Positions 46,720 through 55,865 of a stretch of 55,865 bases of DNA are shown in pieces. The position numbers and the translations under genes were made by a program. The DNA comes from a bacterium. Its GTDB lineage: Bacteria; Verrucomicrobiota; Verrucomicrobiia; Chthoniobacterales; JAFAMB01. The stretch spans positions 1 through 55,865 of the forward strand of contig JBKPBY010000182.1 in NCBI GenBank assembly GCA_046727075.1, in the 5' to 3' direction. Each line of letters begins with the position of its first letter. Position 1 is the first letter of the stretch. Below the pieces are notes generated by a model. It searched no databases and was not told the origin of the DNA. It saw only the letters and a program-made list of their open reading frames with translations.

Positions 46720-48491
46720 TAGTGAGCCTCAATCCTCGCAGTCTCAGGCGCAGGCTGATCTTGCGGTAAATAATCCTGGTCTATGCCCGGGACGCTATAT
46801 TCATAAGGACCATGGTAAACCGTTGGCGTCTTCTCGAAATTCCCATGTCCTGGAGGTGACGGCAGCGTCCACTCTAATGTCGTGGATTGCCACGGATTCT
46901 TTGGTGCCTTGGGGCCTTTGAACATACTGTAGAAGAAATTGATCAGAAACGGGATAGTCGAGAGACCGAGCATGAACGCGCTGATCGAGATAAAGACATT
47001 GACCGGCTGCTGACTACGCAAATGGTCGTACTGGGTCGGATCTGCGATTCGGCGCATCATTCCATTCAACCCAAGGTTGTGCATCGGGAAGAAGGTGCAG
47101 TTGAAGAAAATGAAGGCTAAGGCGAAGTGAACTTTGCCCCAAAACTCGCTCATCATGCGACCGAACATTTTCGGAAACCAGAAATAGATCCCGCCGAACA
47201 CTCCGAACAGACTGCCGCCAAACAGAACGTAGTGGATGTGGGCGACGATGAAGTAGGTGTGGTGGATGAAGATGTCCACAGGTGTCGCAGCCATGTAAAT
47301 CCCACTCAAGCCGCCAATCACGAACATCGAGACGAAAGCCAAGGCGAAACACATCGCCGTCGTGAAACGGACTGAGCCGCCCCAGACCGTTCCCATCCAG
47401 TTAAAGGTTTTGATGGCAGAGGGCACCGCAATCAGCATGGTCGAAAACGAAAACGTCGCGGAAAGCAAGAGATTCATTCCGCTGACGAACATGTGGTGTC
47501 CCCAAACAATGAAGCCGAGGAAAGCGATCGCTCCCATCGCCCACACCATCGCTTTGTATCCGAACACCGGCTTACGCGAGTTTACAGCAATGATCTCCGA
47601 CACCAGACCCATCGCCGGCAACATCATGATATAAACTTCCGGGTGACCGAAGAACCAGAACAGGTGTTGCCACAGCAACGGTTGTCCGTAGTTGCTCGAT
47701 GCGAAGAAAGTTGTACCAAAGTTCAGATCGAAGAAAAGCATCGCCGCGGCCGCCGAAAGAACTGGGACCGCCAACAGTAATAGAAACGCCGTGATAAGCA
47801 GCGCCCAGACCGGCAACGGCAACCGGAACATCGTCATACCGGGAGCGCGCATGTTGATGGTTGTCGTGATGTAATTCATCGCGCCGGCGATCGATGCGAG
47901 TCCGTTGATGAACAAGCCGACACACCAGAGGCTCTGTCCCCATTGCGTGCCGTTGTAGTTGGCGTGAGAGGAGAGCGGCGCATACGAAGTCCAGCCTGAA
48001 GCCGGGAACCCGCTCGGCACGAAAAAGCTGGAAAGAATAACGATGCCGGACAGCAAGAAGAGCCAGAAAGAAAGCGCATTGAACCAGGGGAACGCCATGT
48101 CCGGGGCACCGATCTTCAACGGAATCAGGAAGTTGCCAAAAACACCGATCAGCAGCGGCATGATGACAAGGAACACCATGACCGTCGCATGCATGGTGAA
48201 CAGTCCGTTGTATCCCCCCGGTTGAATTGCGCCCTGCGGGGTCACCAGCCAGCTCGGCAACAGATGACCAATTATCGGCACGGGAACGTTCGGGAACGCC
48301 AGCTGGAACCGGACCGCCATAGCCAACAGACCACCAATTAAAAGAAAGAATAGACTGGCAAACAAGTACTGCATCCCGATGGTCTTATGATCCTCGGACC
48401 AGATGTACTTGCTGAAAAAGCTTAACTCCGGATGATGCGCGTGGTGTTCGTGCGCTTCTCCGGGAGCAACGTGAGCGATTGTCTGTGCCAT
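46719..48491 (-). CDS. ctaD: Cytochrome c oxidase subunit I, type A1
   Basis: DHKTIG, FTMHAT, DMAFP, FWFFGHPEVY, WGHHM and AHIHY; all six His ligands present. Confidence 0.97.
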   Translation of the reverse strand: MAQTIAHVAPGEAHEHHAHHPELSFFSKYIWSEDHKTIGMQYLFASLFFLLIGGLLAMAVRFQLAFPNVPVPIIGHLLPSWLVTPQGAIQPGGYNGLFTMHATVMVFLVIMPLLIGVFGNFLIPLKIGAPDMAFPWFNALSFWLFLLSGIVILSSFFVPSGFPASGWTSYAPLSSHANYNGTQWGQSLWCVGLFINGLASIAGAMNYITTTINMRAPGMTMFRLPLPVWALLITAFLLLLAVPVLSAAAAMLFFDLNFGTTFFASSNYGQPLLWQHLFWFFGHPEVYIMMLPAMGLVSEIIAVNSRKPVFGYKAMVWAMGAIAFLGFIVWGHHMFVSGMNLLLSATFSFSTMLIAVPSAIKTFNWMGTVWGGSVRFTTAMCFALAFVSMFVIGGLSGIYMAATPVDIFIHHTYFIVAHIHYVLFGGSLFGVFGGIYFWFPKMFGRMMSEFWGKVHFALAFIFFNCTFFPMHNLGLNGMMRRIADPTQYDHLRSQQPVNVFISISAFMLGLSTIPFLINFFYSMFKGPKAPKNPWQSTTLEWTLPSPPGHGNFEKTPTVYHGPYEYSVPGIDQDYLPQDQPAPETARIEAH

Positions 48492-48507
48492 GACGGTATT
48501 CCTACAA

Positions 48508-49482
48508 CTATTTGGTCCGCGCCGGCGGGGGAGGGTTATTGGCAGGCGGCGGCGCTACCTTCTCTATATACCATTTGTCGAAATCTGCCTGGGACACAAC
48601 TTGAACCTGCGCCTTCATATTGTAGTGCCCGGAGCCGCAAAGCTGATTACAAGCAAGCTGATATGAACCGACTTTGGTCGGAATAAACCAGACCCAATCG
48701 ATCGTACGGCCCGGAATAATGTCCTGATAAACGCGGAACTCCGGAATGTAGAAGGCATGGATCACGTCTCGTGAATTCAAGCGAATCCTGACCGGCTTAT
48801 TGACGGGCAGCTCAAGGACACCAGATTGAAAGTTCTGCTTGGTTAAAGGATCGTTCGGGTCATTCCCAAAGATGTTTTCATTAGAGATCAACTTCGGGTC
48901 GGAACGCCCAAGTTTCCCGCTCGGGCCGGGGTACTGGAAGCTCCATCCGAACTGGTAAGCGAGCGTCCCGATTTCCATCGCATCCTGTGGGGGATCTGTG
49001 TGAATCACATTCCACCAGAGGTGATTGCTGTAACCCCAAAGGCCGAGAAAGATAAGCGTCGGGATAATTGTCCAAACGAACTCCAGCCGATTGTTACCGT
49101 GGCTGTAGATCGCTTTGATACCCTTACGGGCGCGATATTTGACCAGGAAATAAATGTAAACAATCTGCGTCAGCACAAAAACGCCGCCCGTCAGGTAGTA
49201 GATAAAGTACATCAGCTCATCGATCCGCTTACCGTGCGCGCTGGCAACGTCGGGTACCCACCAAAGATCCGAAGTTCGCGGAGCTGCGTGGACAGACAGG
49301 CTCAGACCAACAATGAAAAGCAAGGTCAAAACAACAATCGTCCACGAGCGGCAGGGCCGAGCTTTATCTCGACCTTCTCGGGCTGCTACATCGACGAGGT
49401 CGCGATGACCTGTCCGCCATAGCCTGGGCGACGGCGGAATCGCAGCCCTATCGACGCTGTTTGACATTGGGGAATTCATCAT
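48508..49482 (-). CDS. ctaC: Cytochrome c oxidase subunit II
   Basis: HGNNRLEFVWT, QFGW, DVIHAF and CuA motif CNQLCGSGHYNM; start uncertain. Confidence 0.93.
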   Translation of the reverse strand: MMNSPMSNSVDRAAIPPSPRLWRTGHRDLVDVAAREGRDKARPCRSWTIVVLTLLFIVGLSLSVHAAPRTSDLWWVPDVASAHGKRIDELMYFIYYLTGGVFVLTQIVYIYFLVKYRARKGIKAIYSHGNNRLEFVWTIIPTLIFLGLWGYSNHLWWNVIHTDPPQDAMEIGTLAYQFGWSFQYPGPSGKLGRSDPKLISNENIFGNDPNDPLTKQNFQSGVLELPVNKPVRIRLNSRDVIHAFYIPEFRVYQDIIPGRTIDWVWFIPTKVGSYQLACNQLCGSGHYNMKAQVQVVSQADFDKWYIEKVAPPPANNPPPPARTK

Positions 49483-50219
49483 GGTTTCGCTGGTGCCCCT
49501 TGCGCAGGGGGTGGTGGTGACGATCCGGGAGGGGCCGGTTGTCCGGCGGGAGCGGCCGGCTTACCTGGCGCAGCCGGAGCTCCCGGCTTCTGGCCCTGCT
49601 GGGCAGCGCCTCCGCCGGTCAGGTCCTGGGGAGGAATTTTCTCTACTTCGGGCCATGTCCATTGCTCTTTTCGATCTTTAAACTGATCGCGCATTTGCTT
49701 CACCATGTCGGCTGTGATCGGAGGCGCGTTGTTCCCCCAGTCAGACCGCACATAGGTCAAAATAGAGGCGAGCTGTTGATCTGAATACTGACCCTCCCAG
49801 GCCTGCATCGAGTTGTTGAAAGCTTTTCCTTTGATCTGGACCGGCCCCTGCAAGCCCTTCAGCACAATCGCAATCAGATGGTTCGTGGCGTTGCCCAGAA
49901 CAACTTCCGAGCCGGCCAACGGCGGATACTGCCCTTCCAGGCCCTGACCAGTCACCTGATGGCATGTGATGCAGTTAGATGAGAAAAGCGCTTTGCCAAC
50001 GACCTTCGGGTCGACCGTGGTCTTTCCCCCAACTTGAGCGCCATATTTGGGTTCGTAATCAAAAACATCCGGCTTAAAGCCGCCGCTATAGGTGAACAAA
50101 TAGGCGCCCGCCCAAAACACGCCAAGGCCAACTAGTCCCATCAGCCAGACAGGGACTGGAGCCGATCCTATCTCGGGTGCAGATGCTGTACTCTCGTCTG
50201 TCCTGCTATGGTCGCTCAT
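49479..50219 (-). CDS. Membrane-anchored monoheme cytochrome c
   Basis: TM helix, CITCH, YPPLAGS, distal Met and Pro/Ala tail. Confidence 0.9.
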   Translation of the reverse strand: MSDHSRTDESTASAPEIGSAPVPVWLMGLVGLGVFWAGAYLFTYSGGFKPDVFDYEPKYGAQVGGKTTVDPKVVGKALFSSNCITCHQVTGQGLEGQYPPLAGSEVVLGNATNHLIAIVLKGLQGPVQIKGKAFNNSMQAWEGQYSDQQLASILTYVRSDWGNNAPPITADMVKQMRDQFKDRKEQWTWPEVEKIPPQDLTGGGAAQQGQKPGAPAAPGKPAAPAGQPAPPGSSPPPPAQGAPAKP

Positions 50220-50830
50220 TCTGTCGGTTCTGGCGCCTCCGGTAAGGCGTAGTTTCTCTTCAGGGAAAGCAGATAATCAACCAGGGCCTTTCCATTCTCC
50301 GTGGGCACAACTTCATAGCCGGGAGGTGGCGCATCTGCTCCGTCAAGTTTGACCGCATCCAGGGACGGCTGGCCAACAATCTTCTGGGTCCGGAACAGCC
50401 ACTTGTAAGCTGGCATCGCTGACTCCGGATGAGCTGCGTAGAGGTAACGGTAAAACCACTGGGGGTCAGTCTGGCGCACGCCCACATTCGTAAGATCTGC
50501 TCCGAGTCGTGAAGTCCCTAAGAAGACTTGCCGATCGTACAAGTAGTCGCGCGCTACTGTCCGGCGCTTACCCCATTCGCGATCGATATCGCTTCCTTCG
50601 TTTTTGTCACGGACGAATTGGCTGTGGCAATAGATGCACCCATTGGATGCATATACGTGGTAGCCTTGCTCCGCAATGCCTGGTTTTGCCGGAGGCGCTA
50701 CCTCTTGCGTATTCGGATCCTTATTCGGCTGCAGCCCAGCAAATGTCAGGTACGGATATGCGACAAATCCGAGCCACGAAACGCCAAAGGCACCGAATAC
50801 TCCGAAAAACAATTTCACGAACTTATTCAA
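50216..50830 (-). CDS. CcoO/FixO-like monoheme cytochrome c
   Basis: GCIYCHSQFVR, GTSRLGADLTNVG and SAMPAY. Confidence 0.88.
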   Translation of the reverse strand: MNKFVKLFFGVFGAFGVSWLGFVAYPYLTFAGLQPNKDPNTQEVAPPAKPGIAEQGYHVYASNGCIYCHSQFVRDKNEGSDIDREWGKRRTVARDYLYDRQVFLGTSRLGADLTNVGVRQTDPQWFYRYLYAAHPESAMPAYKWLFRTQKIVGQPSLDAVKLDGADAPPPGYEVVPTENGKALVDYLLSLKRNYALPEAPEPTE

Positions 50831-52290
50831 GCGACACTCACCTCCGGCAGAGATTCTTTCGAAGATTCGGCAGCGGGTTCCTGCGGACGTACCCGAGTCG
50901 GAAGCAGCAGAATCAGTTTCACCGCCGCCGCGAAGCTGATGTTGGCCACAAAAATGAGCAGAACGGCGACGTTTTGTACGAGTAAGAATGGCTGAATCAG
51001 ATCGTTGATTGCATCCATTGAAATCTTCGAATCCTGAAGAGCGAACCCTTGAATTGCGCCTCCAATCACCAGATCAAAGCCGATCATGCCGAGTCCAACT
51101 ACGTTGAACCAGAGATGCGTTTTAGCCAGCCAAGGATACTGCCAATCCCGGCCCAGCAACCTCGGTACGATCAGATAGAGAGCGCCAAACAGAATCATGC
51201 TGCAAAAGGCGATGAGTCCAAGGTAGCGGTGGCCCGCCGATACAAAGGTGAATTGCGCAAGGTGGCCGAATGTTCGGAACGACAGTAATGCTCCCAGGCT
51301 ATTCCAGACCATGTAGGCAAAGCCGCCAAACAATAGGAAACGCAACGGCAGATGCCATCGCAAATCTTCGAAGCTATCCCGGACGGTAAGATGAAAGTTG
51401 AGAGCGGCGGCAATAACTGGAATCAGCATCAATACATTCGCTACGACGCTGGCAGTAATCGTCCAGGCTGGTAGCGGGCCGCCCATCCCGTGTATCAAGC
51501 CTGTCCAACCGCCAAAAATGGCCGTTCCCCAGAATCCAACTAAGGCAAGCCGGTAACTGTAGACCGGCTTCCCGGCGATTTTGGGAAGAAAATAGTAAGA
51601 AGCGGCTAGTGCAATCGGCGACAACCAAAGCTGCATGAGCGCGCCGCAGAACCACCAGTGAATAGCCGACTGTGCGACTCCCGGTATCTGGAACGGATTC
51701 AACAATGCGCTCGCTGTCGCGTACATCCATGGGAACCATAGGAATGCACCGACCAGATACCATTGAGAAACATAGGTCGCTCCAGGCTCCCGATGGACGA
51801 ACATCGATACCGCCCAGAACCCGATAATCAAAAGCGCGAGAAAAAGTATGAACGCTACAGGGCCGGGAAATTCGAGCATTTCTTTTCCGTTACCGTTCCC
51901 GGCAAGAATCGATAATATGCCGAGCCCGACGCCTACGTTCCAAAGGACCGCCCCAACAATCGGCAGTGAAGGTCTTCGCAACGGAGTGCCACAAAGTTTC
52001 GCCAGGAGCCACAGCCCAACACCAATGCCGGCGCCTGATGCCCAGCCGTAGACCATGCAATTCAGAAAGACTGGATAGCTGCGGCCGAAGCTCAGCCAAC
52101 CGATTCCCGGTAGCGCCCACCAGGCCTCAGGCGTGTACATTTGAGAGACGTTGAGCAGCCAGAAGAGCGATCCAAGCGCCAGCCAAAAGGCCGCAGCTCC
52201 AAACAAAATCAGGACCGGGACCCGGATCGATCGTTCAACCGAATCGGTCGGTTCTTGCAACAAACGAATCTGTTGGTTCATCGCACTCAC
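50827..52290 (-). CDS. CcoN/FixN-like membrane subunit with degenerate metal ligands
   Basis: WLSFGR, GKEMLE, YVSQWY, YYFLPK..GKPVYSYRL, LPAW and H.W align to CcoN; most His ligands replaced. Confidence 0.85.
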   Translation of the reverse strand: MSAMNQQIRLLQEPTDSVERSIRVPVLILFGAAAFWLALGSLFWLLNVSQMYTPEAWWALPGIGWLSFGRSYPVFLNCMVYGWASGAGIGVGLWLLAKLCGTPLRRPSLPIVGAVLWNVGVGLGILSILAGNGNGKEMLEFPGPVAFILFLALLIIGFWAVSMFVHREPGATYVSQWYLVGAFLWFPWMYATASALLNPFQIPGVAQSAIHWWFCGALMQLWLSPIALAASYYFLPKIAGKPVYSYRLALVGFWGTAIFGGWTGLIHGMGGPLPAWTITASVVANVLMLIPVIAAALNFHLTVRDSFEDLRWHLPLRFLLFGGFAYMVWNSLGALLSFRTFGHLAQFTFVSAGHRYLGLIAFCSMILFGALYLIVPRLLGRDWQYPWLAKTHLWFNVVGLGMIGFDLVIGGAIQGFALQDSKISMDAINDLIQPFLLVQNVAVLLIFVANISFAAAVKLILLLPTRVRPQEPAAESSKESLPEVSVA

Positions 52291-52679
52291 GGTTTAGACC
52301 CTTGAGGTGCAGCAGGAGCCGCTGGACTGGCTGCGGGCTGCGCCGCATTCGGCGCCGGTGTCGCAGCCGGAGCAGGAGTAGCTACGGGGCCCGCTGCATG
52401 AGGTTTATTTGCTTTGAGATCGGCCAGCACCAGGTCCATCGCGCGATCAATCGGAATTCCAACGATGCCCTTCGATTTATCAATCCACCGGTACTGGGTT
52501 AATATTTTTTGGTTCTCTGCGTTCAAGTCGGCGAGGATCTTAAGCCGCTCTTGCTTCCTGACATCCTCAACGGTCGGGATGCTTTGGCGCTGCCAGACAA
52601 GTAAAGCCGCCAGCACGGCGAACAACAGGACAATGATCAGGCCTGTGAATGTTCCTCTTTTTTGGCGTTGTTCAGTCAT
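52287..52679 (-). CDS. ActG-like small subunit
   Basis: One TM, LTQYRWIDKSKGIVGIPIDRAM; follows actF. Confidence 0.7.
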   Translation of the reverse strand: MTEQRQKRGTFTGLIIVLLFAVLAALLVWQRQSIPTVEDVRKQERLKILADLNAENQKILTQYRWIDKSKGIVGIPIDRAMDLVLADLKANKPHAAGPVATPAPAATPAPNAAQPAASPAAPAAPQGSKP

Positions 52680-52681
52680 GC

Positions 52682-53914
52682 TTAGTTACTCAGTTTCAGC
52701 GATTCCAGCAGTCGCGGGTCACGCGTCGGGAATAGCGAGGCGCCGCTTAGCCGTACCAGGAAAATGAAGGCGAGAGGACAACCGATCGCTAATAAAGAAA
52801 GCAGATCGAAAACGCTCACCTGAAATCCGGCCGGATGCATAAATGGGAGAACGATGACGTAGAGATCCAGAATATGCATCGCGAGCACCCAGAAACAGAT
52901 CGGGACCAGGAAAGGGGTGTTTCGCTTGTTGTACTGGAACAGGAGATAGAGAAACGGGATGAAGAACCGTCCCACCACCAGCGCAGTACTCAAGGTATGC
53001 CAAGAACCGATGTTCCGTCGCAGGAACCAAGTGGTCTCTTCAGGGATATTACTATACCAGATCAGCATGTACTGGCTGAACCCGATGTAACCCCAGAAGA
53101 TCGAGAACGTGAACAGCAACTTACCCATGATGTGGTAGTGCTCTTCGTTCACAAACGCCAGGTAGCCGGCTTTCTGGAGAGCGAACACAACGATGATGAG
53201 CAACGCCATGCCGGCGCCAGCCGCGCCTGCAAAAACGTAGACGCCCCACATGGTGGATGCCCAGTGATAATCCAAAGATGAAAACCAATCGAACGCGGCA
53301 AGAGTCATCAAGGCCGCGAAAAGCAAAAGGCAAACAAACGACACACCCCGCATCTGGATCGAGCGCTTCGGATCTCCATCTGTATCCTGCCGCACAGACA
53401 TCCGCCGGAAGTAAAAGGTCGCAAACGTAAAAAAGAAGAAGTAAAGCACTGCCCTCAGCCAGAAAAACGGGATCGTTACGGTGCCAAACTGCAGGACGAA
53501 ATAACCGAGCTTGTCCCTAAGGGAAGGATCTTCACTCGGGTGTTTCAACGCTGCGATCCAGCTCCACAAATCATGCCGGAACAATATGACTGGTATGAAG
53601 AACAAGAAAACCCAGGGCAAAATTGTCGCCAGATTTTCCATCTGCCGCCGAACCACGATCCCCCAGCCTGAGTCTGTCGTGTGATGCACTAGAATCCAGA
53701 AAAAGACTCCGGCCAGCATTGTAAAAAAGTAGAGGAACCCGAACAGCCAGGAAAAAGCAACTTGGCGACGCAGTTCGCTGCCCTGCGGCGCCATGAATCC
53801 GGCCGCCAGCGCGACCACCAGCGAAATCCCGCCGACAGCAAGTAACACAAAGAAAACTCTTCCAAGGTTGCGTCCTTCAAACCTCTCTGCGCTGGGAATA
53901 GTGATCGATCTCAT
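52682..53914 (-). CDS. actF: Alternative complex III subunit ActF
   Basis: W..VVRRQME, DWFSSLDYHWASTMWG and SQYMLIWYSNIPEET. Confidence 0.9.
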   Translation of the reverse strand: MRSITIPSAERFEGRNLGRVFFVLLAVGGISLVVALAAGFMAPQGSELRRQVAFSWLFGFLYFFTMLAGVFFWILVHHTTDSGWGIVVRRQMENLATILPWVFLFFIPVILFRHDLWSWIAALKHPSEDPSLRDKLGYFVLQFGTVTIPFFWLRAVLYFFFFTFATFYFRRMSVRQDTDGDPKRSIQMRGVSFVCLLLFAALMTLAAFDWFSSLDYHWASTMWGVYVFAGAAGAGMALLIIVVFALQKAGYLAFVNEEHYHIMGKLLFTFSIFWGYIGFSQYMLIWYSNIPEETTWFLRRNIGSWHTLSTALVVGRFFIPFLYLLFQYNKRNTPFLVPICFWVLAMHILDLYVIVLPFMHPAGFQVSVFDLLSLLAIGCPLAFIFLVRLSGASLFPTRDPRLLESLKLSN

Positions 53915-53920
53915 ATCTCG

Positions 53921-54670
53921 TCAATGCGCTGCTGGTGCGGGCGAAGCCGCCGGTTGAGGTTGGTTCGGTTGCGCAGCCGCTTCCGCTTGCAGTGCTGCTC
54001 GTTTATCCGGGGGCACGTCCTCTAATCGCGCGTATTCGCTCTTCTGAAGCGTCCGAATGTAAGCGATGATTGCCCAGCGGTCTTTCACCGTCACCTTGTC
54101 TGCGTACGGCATCATCGTATTGAACCCATTGGTGATCGTATTGAAGATCTGCCCATCCGCCATGGTCCGATACTTGTCCTGATGGTAATTGGCGATGCTG
54201 TTGAGGCCGTGTTTCGACGTGATTCCGTTACCCTGCCCTGTTGCTCCGTGGCAGACGGCACAATCGATCGAATAAACCGCCTGACCGCGCTTCAAAAGGT
54301 CCGGCGTAACCGGTAACGGTATGCCTGTTCCCCAATTGTTGCCCATCTTTCCGGTATTGTAGTAGTCGGTGCCAGCGGAGAATTCACCCAGCGGCGAGTC
54401 AATATGCGTTGCCGGATCCGGCACATCGGAGTTTTGCGTCACATGCCCTGGAATATCGTATCCCATTGGGATCGTGCCTTCGACCGGAGGACGGGCGCCG
54501 CGACCGTCAGCGAAGAATGCGCTCGGTTTCTGGTATTTGATTTTGTCCTGTCGCTTCATATCGCCGAAGAACTCGATTGCCGGCACAGGACGATGCTGCC
54601 CCTGGAACCCCAGCAGTGCTACGGTGATAATCGATAGAAGCAGGAAGACGATCAGGAAATTCTTAATCAT
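53921..54670 (-). CDS. actE: Alternative complex III monoheme cytochrome c ActE
   Basis: DMKRQDK, RPPVEGTIP, CAVCHG, DGQIFNTITNG..MM and DRWAII.YIR.LQ. Confidence 0.88.
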   Translation of the reverse strand: MIKNFLIVFLLLSIITVALLGFQGQHRPVPAIEFFGDMKRQDKIKYQKPSAFFADGRGARPPVEGTIPMGYDIPGHVTQNSDVPDPATHIDSPLGEFSAGTDYYNTGKMGNNWGTGIPLPVTPDLLKRGQAVYSIDCAVCHGATGQGNGITSKHGLNSIANYHQDKYRTMADGQIFNTITNGFNTMMPYADKVTVKDRWAIIAYIRTLQKSEYARLEDVPPDKRAALQAEAAAQPNQPQPAASPAPAAH

Positions 54671-55226
54671 TTTCGTAAAGCACGGTCACGCCCTGACCGC
54701 CGATCTCTTCCAGGAAGTCGCGAGTTCCGGTCTCAGAAAACTTCGGGTCGACTGACTCGATCACGAGGAAAAACGCGTCGTTGGAAAACTCCTTGAAACG
54801 TTCGAAATCAAAAAGCGGATGATGATACCGCGGCAGCCGGTTCAGGATGAAAACACCAAAGAAAGCGGTGAACGCCGAGAACAAGATGGTCAGCTCGAAC
54901 ATGATTGGGAAAAACGCTGGAACCGTAAAGAAGTTCACCGGCTTCCCGTGAACGATGAGGGGATAAAGAAACGATGAGGGAATGTATTCCAGCGATACGG
55001 CTGTAAGGAATCCGGTCAGACCGCCACAGAAAATGATGTAGCCAAGCGGCGATCTTCTTAGTCCCATCGCTTTGTCCATTCCGTGGATTGGAAACGGCGA
55101 GTGGCAATCCCAGAACTTGAACCCTTTATCCCGCACTTTCTCCGCGGCGTCGTAGAGGGCGGCAGCGCTGGAAAATTCCGCAATTACACCCCAGGCCGTT
55201 TTTTTTGCAGCAGCGGCAGCACTCAT
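54663..55226 (-). CDS. actD: Alternative complex III subunit ActD (DUF3341)
   Basis: [21 protein letters not shown] and [10 protein letters not shown]. Confidence 0.9.
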   Translation of the reverse strand: MSAAAAAKKTAWGVIAEFSSAAALYDAAEKVRDKGFKFWDCHSPFPIHGMDKAMGLRRSPLGYIIFCGGLTGFLTAVSLEYIPSSFLYPLIVHGKPVNFFTVPAFFPIMFELTILFSAFTAFFGVFILNRLPRYHHPLFDFERFKEFSNDAFFLVIESVDPKFSETGTRDFLEEIGGQGVTVLYEND

Positions 55227-55865
55227 GCGTGTACCTCCTTCGGTGATTCTTGTCCGCCGTCAGAGGGCGGGTGATAATGAGGATCCGCTTCCGGGAGCAC
55301 ACCTTTCACTTCTGAGATCGCCACCATCGGCAAAAACCGGATAAAGAGCAGGAAGAGCGTAAGAAAGATTCCGTGAGATCCAATGAAAGTGAATACATCG
55401 ACCCAGGTCGGATGATACATACGCCAGGCGGACGGTAAGAAGTCGCGGTGCAGCGAGATCACAAAGATAACGAACCGCTCGAACCACATACCGGCGTTTG
55501 CGCACATCGCGACGAAAAACACCACAACAACATTCCGCCGAAACGCGCGCACCCACATGAGCTGTGGCATGACAACGTTACAGGCGAACATCGACCAGGA
55601 AGCCCACCAATAAGGACCGAAGTAGCGGTTCAGGAATGCAAATCGTTCAAATGGGTTAGCGCCATAGAATGCAACAAAGATCTCCATGGTATAGGCGTAC
55701 CCGACGATCGATCCGGTCAGTAGCAGGATTTTGCACATCACATCGATGTGATTCCAAGTGACGACGTCATGCAGCTTATAGAGCGATCGCGCCGGTATCA
55801 TGAGCGTTAACACCATGGCGAATCCGCCGAAGATCGCGCCTGCGACGAAGTAAGGCGGGAAAATC
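55223..55865 (-). CDS. actC: Alternative complex III subunit ActC (NrfD family), 3' part
   Basis: [20 protein letters not shown] and [20 protein letters not shown]; runs off the window. Confidence 0.92.
   Translation of the reverse strand, partial: IFPPYFVAGAIFGGFAMVLTLMIPARSLYKLHDVVTWNHIDVMCKILLLTGSIVGYAYTMEIFVAFYGANPFERFAFLNRYFGPYWWASWSMFACNVVMPQLMWVRAFRRNVVVVFFVAMCANAGMWFERFVIFVISLHRDFLPSAWRMYHPTWVDVFTFIGSHGIFLTLFLLFIRFLPMVAISEVKGVLPEADPHYHPPSDGGQESPKEVHA

Noticed and set aside
50216-52290. Functional cbb3 oxidase
   Set aside because: Catalytic ligands are missing and there are no ccoP/ccoQ/ccoGHIS genes in the window

Overview
Bacterial chromosomal segment, most consistent with Verrucomicrobia (Chthoniobacterales/Spartobacteria-like; this is inferred from gene content). 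Left to right: start of acpP, a hypothetical gene, an FAH-family gene and uvrB. Next is a ~16.5 kb minus-strand cluster of five MacB/FtsX-type (ADOP-like) permease paralogs (three intact, one broken, one miniaturised) sharing one ATPase and one membrane-fusion protein. It sits behind a sigma54 promoter with enhancer sites, next to its own NtrC-type two-component pair. Then come a frameshifted TPR gene, an FAD/Fe-S oxidoreductase, an IS481 relic, housekeeping genes (trpC, RluA, UDG, threonine aldolase, rbsK), system II cytochrome c maturation and SCO, an RcnR-type repressor with an atypical P1B-ATPase, and a frameshifted acyltransferase. The window ends in a respiratory operon: alternative complex III (actC-G), a CcoN homolog lacking most metal ligands, CcoO-like and cytochrome c genes, an A1-type aa3 oxidase and heme A/O synthases. 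Many intergenic regions are built from short 6/7/8/9/10-mer tandem repeats and REP-like palindromes, often in a fixed order or as inverted pairs. I saw no rRNA, tRNA or CRISPR array.
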